Shown here: positions 62,196 to 64,000 of the stretch, in pieces
Numbering within the stretch: position 1 is the first letter of the stretch
Layout: the number at the start of each line of letters is the position of its first letter
Origin: Archaeoglobaceae archaeon
GTDB taxonomy: Archaea > Halobacteriota > Archaeoglobi > Archaeoglobales > Archaeoglobaceae
DNA length: 64,000 nt
Reading direction: 5' to 3'
Assembly: GCA_038734275.1 (NCBI GenBank)
Contig: JAVYOO010000005.1
Span: 31,092-95,091 of the forward strand
The notes under the pieces: model-generated
The model's database searches: none
What the model saw: the letters and a program-made list of their open reading frames with translations, nothing else
What the model was told of the DNA's origin: nothing
Program-made: the position numbers and the translations under genes

Positions 62196-63406
62196 TTACC
62201 GAGCTCGACATTCTTAAGGCTCTCGTAATTCTGACCTTTGCGGGCATTTTGAGCTATAAGAATTCCATATTGTCATTAGCTCTTAGCATACTTGTTGTAT
62301 TTCTATTCTTGGAATCCGATGGGCTTATTCTGATGGTTTTGTCGGTTGCAATCCTAAATTTAATCTCGATGCTTGCGATCAGGAAAAACCAGATCGCTGG
62401 ACTGGATTATGCTTTGATCGTATTCATGGCAATTGCCACCGCTTATGTCTTTTTCACTTCTGACATTGCGGAACTGCTCGTTCTATTCGTGGTTGTTTCC
62501 GTTCCTACTTATTTGATCGTAATGCTCGATGAGGGCAAGCTGAACGTTGATACTGGCATTAAATACATCGCATTCATGGTCATTGCTACTGTAGTCTTTA
62601 TCATTGGCTCAGCGGTGCTTTACTTGGGCTATAGCTGGCAAAATTCAACGATCTACTTGCTCGGCTTTGTTGTCCTGCTCATTGGCTTAGCCTTGGAAGT
62701 CGGGGTAGCTCCATTTCACGAATGGGTTCCAGATGTTTTTTCAAATGCGAATCCGATCTCGATCTCGATCATTGCATCGCTCGCAAAGTTCGTTCCATTC
62801 ATCGTCGCATACAAGATCCTTCTAATGACCGCAACTGAGCTAACTTCGCTTGCACTGCTAATCCTTGCGGTTGTTTCAGCAATTTCAATGTTCATCGGAA
62901 ACATTGGAGCCCTAACAGCCAAGGATCCAGCAAGAATACTGGCTTACTCAACGATAGCAAACATGGGCTATGTGCTTGCTGCCTTTTCAGCAATCATGGC
63001 ACCAAGAGAATTTGTTTACTATGCAATCGCCGGCGGATTGCTTCAGCTGTTTGTGAATGCATTTGGCAAAATTGGCTTCTTTAATGCAATTAAGGGAGGA
63101 TCTTCGAGTCTCTCAAACTACCTTCTGAGCTTCTCATTCATAGGCCTGCCACCTTTAATGGGCTTCTGGAGCAAATTCTTCATAATCTACGCTCTTGTGT
63201 TTTCTAACTATCTCTGGCTTGCGATCTTGCTTGTGCTGAATTCGGCGATCTCGATTCCATACTATCTAAGACTTGTAAGGCTCACAGAAGTTAGCTCGAA
63301 GTCGTTGATCACAAACACTGTGGCAACTGTAACCGCTTTTGTTATGCTGATCACTTTGATTCCACCAGTCTGGTTTGTAGAGCTTGTTAAGGAGGTGTTG
63401 AAATGA
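62192..63406 (+). CDS. fqoN: F420H2:quinone oxidoreductase antiporter-like subunit N (NuoN-like)
   Basis: It has an antiporter-like core (GVAPFHEWVPDVF, ILAYSTIANMGYV). It overlaps the next gene by 4 nt. Confidence 0.82.
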   Translation: MITELDILKALVILTFAGILSYKNSILSLALSILVVFLFLESDGLILMVLSVAILNLISMLAIRKNQIAGLDYALIVFMAIATAYVFFTSDIAELLVLFVVVSVPTYLIVMLDEGKLNVDTGIKYIAFMVIATVVFIIGSAVLYLGYSWQNSTIYLLGFVVLLIGLALEVGVAPFHEWVPDVFSNANPISISIIASLAKFVPFIVAYKILLMTATELTSLALLILAVVSAISMFIGNIGALTAKDPARILAYSTIANMGYVLAAFSAIMAPREFVYYAIAGGLLQLFVNAFGKIGFFNAIKGGSSSLSNYLLSFSFIGLPPLMGFWSKFFIIYALVFSNYLWLAILLVLNSAISIPYYLRLVRLTEVSSKSLITNTVATVTAFVMLITLIPPVWFVELVKEVLK

Positions 63407-63774
63407 TCGAAAACGTTCTTGTAATCCTTCTGATCGTTGCGGTTGCACTTATAACAGACGTCGCAGTGCTTATACTTGTTAAGGTTCTACCGAAATACAG
63501 ACTTACAGAAGTCAAGATCCAGAGATTTGAAGCGGGAAACATCCCGATAGGGCATCCAAAGTGGGTTTTGCCGATGCAGTATTTTGGGTTCGTCGTAATG
63601 TTCTTGGCTCTGGAGCCGATATTTGTTTTAATTCTGCTTCTTTCTGCGGTGGCATCCTTGGATGTGTATGCATTCACGATCATTGCCCTTGCACTGCTCC
63701 TTCCCGCTCTTTACGCTGGTTACAACTACTCTCTTGAGGTTGCTGGGCTAAAGAGAGGTGGTAGAAATGGATGA
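63403..63774 (+). CDS. fqoA: F420H2:quinone oxidoreductase subunit A (NuoA-like)
   Basis: 123 aa with 3 TM helices and the NuoA motif FEAGN.P.G. Confidence 0.8.
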   Translation: MIENVLVILLIVAVALITDVAVLILVKVLPKYRLTEVKIQRFEAGNIPIGHPKWVLPMQYFGFVVMFLALEPIFVLILLLSAVASLDVYAFTIIALALLLPALYAGYNYSLEVAGLKRGGRNG

Positions 63775-64000
63775 CTTTACTAAATTCATCCATAGCGGAA
63801 AGCTCGCTCCGTTGAAGAAATGGGGCACGAAATGGAGTCTGTGGCCAGTTCATCTTGTCACCGCATGCTGTGGCGCAGAGCTTGCTCATGCCTTTGCATC
63901 TGGCTACGATGGAGAAAGAATTGGAGCCTTAAATTACGGTATTGCAAGGCAAACTAATCTTATAATTGTTGAAGGAGCCATTACAAGGAAGATGGCAAGA
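63767..64000 (+). CDS. fqoB: F420H2:quinone oxidoreductase subunit B (NuoB-like), 3' end outside window
   Basis: The ATG at 63767 gives MDDFTKFIHSGKLAPLKKWGTKWSLWPVHLVTACCGAEL.... This contains the NuoB N2-cluster CC motif. The ORF runs to the window edge. Confidence 0.85.
   Translation, partial: MDDFTKFIHSGKLAPLKKWGTKWSLWPVHLVTACCGAELAHAFASGYDGERIGALNYGIARQTNLIIVEGAITRKMAR

Overview
This 64-kb window looks like a chromosomal segment from an Archaeoglobus-type hyperthermophilic euryarchaeon. That assignment is inference, based on four things: the F420H2:quinone oxidoreductase operon in the order fqoJKMLNAB, the C1-pathway genes ftr and fwdBD, a family-D DNA polymerase, and a 30-nt CRISPR repeat whose reverse complement ends in ATTGAAAG.

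Coding density is high, with about 70 supportable CDS, many of them translationally coupled by ATGA/GTGA overlaps. There are 5 intron-less tRNA genes without encoded CCA: Glu-CUC, Arg-CCG, Leu-UAG, Ala-CGC and initiator Met. There is one 44-repeat CRISPR array with an AT-rich leader and no cas genes in the window. I recognised no rRNA, IS element, transposase or integrase.

Recognisable housekeeping blocks:
- PolD DP2
- a moaD-like / radical SAM-SPASM / ferredoxin / fwdB / fwdD operon
- ftr
- ccmE-ccmF
- ribC, a class V aminotransferase and ribL
- hypF plus a hypD-hypC-hypE operon
- sirtuin, hemD and glmM
- the Fqo membrane arm

There is one clearly decayed gene, a CoA-transferase pseudogene.

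Most unusual content:
1. At 17.7-27.3 kb there is a cluster built around five paralogous, sequon-rich small proteins of a family I cannot place. It also contains an 898-aa secreted protein whose C-terminus carries the same motif, and two tandem membrane-anchored beta-propeller paralogs with perfect gene-conversion tracts. I read this as a candidate undescribed surface-structure module.
2. A YcaO-TfuA pair sits in a genome context that probably lacks its known substrate (MCR). It converges on a coupled pair: a TiaS-like protein and a radical-SAM-like protein with a CX8CX2C motif.
3. An acetyl-CoA-synthetase-like gene with a destroyed P-loop sits inside the hypDCE operon.
4. An 87-bp perfect inverted duplication links a tRNA-Ala-adjacent ORF to the CRISPR trailer flank.

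All homology calls come from motif recognition by eye. No searches were run.
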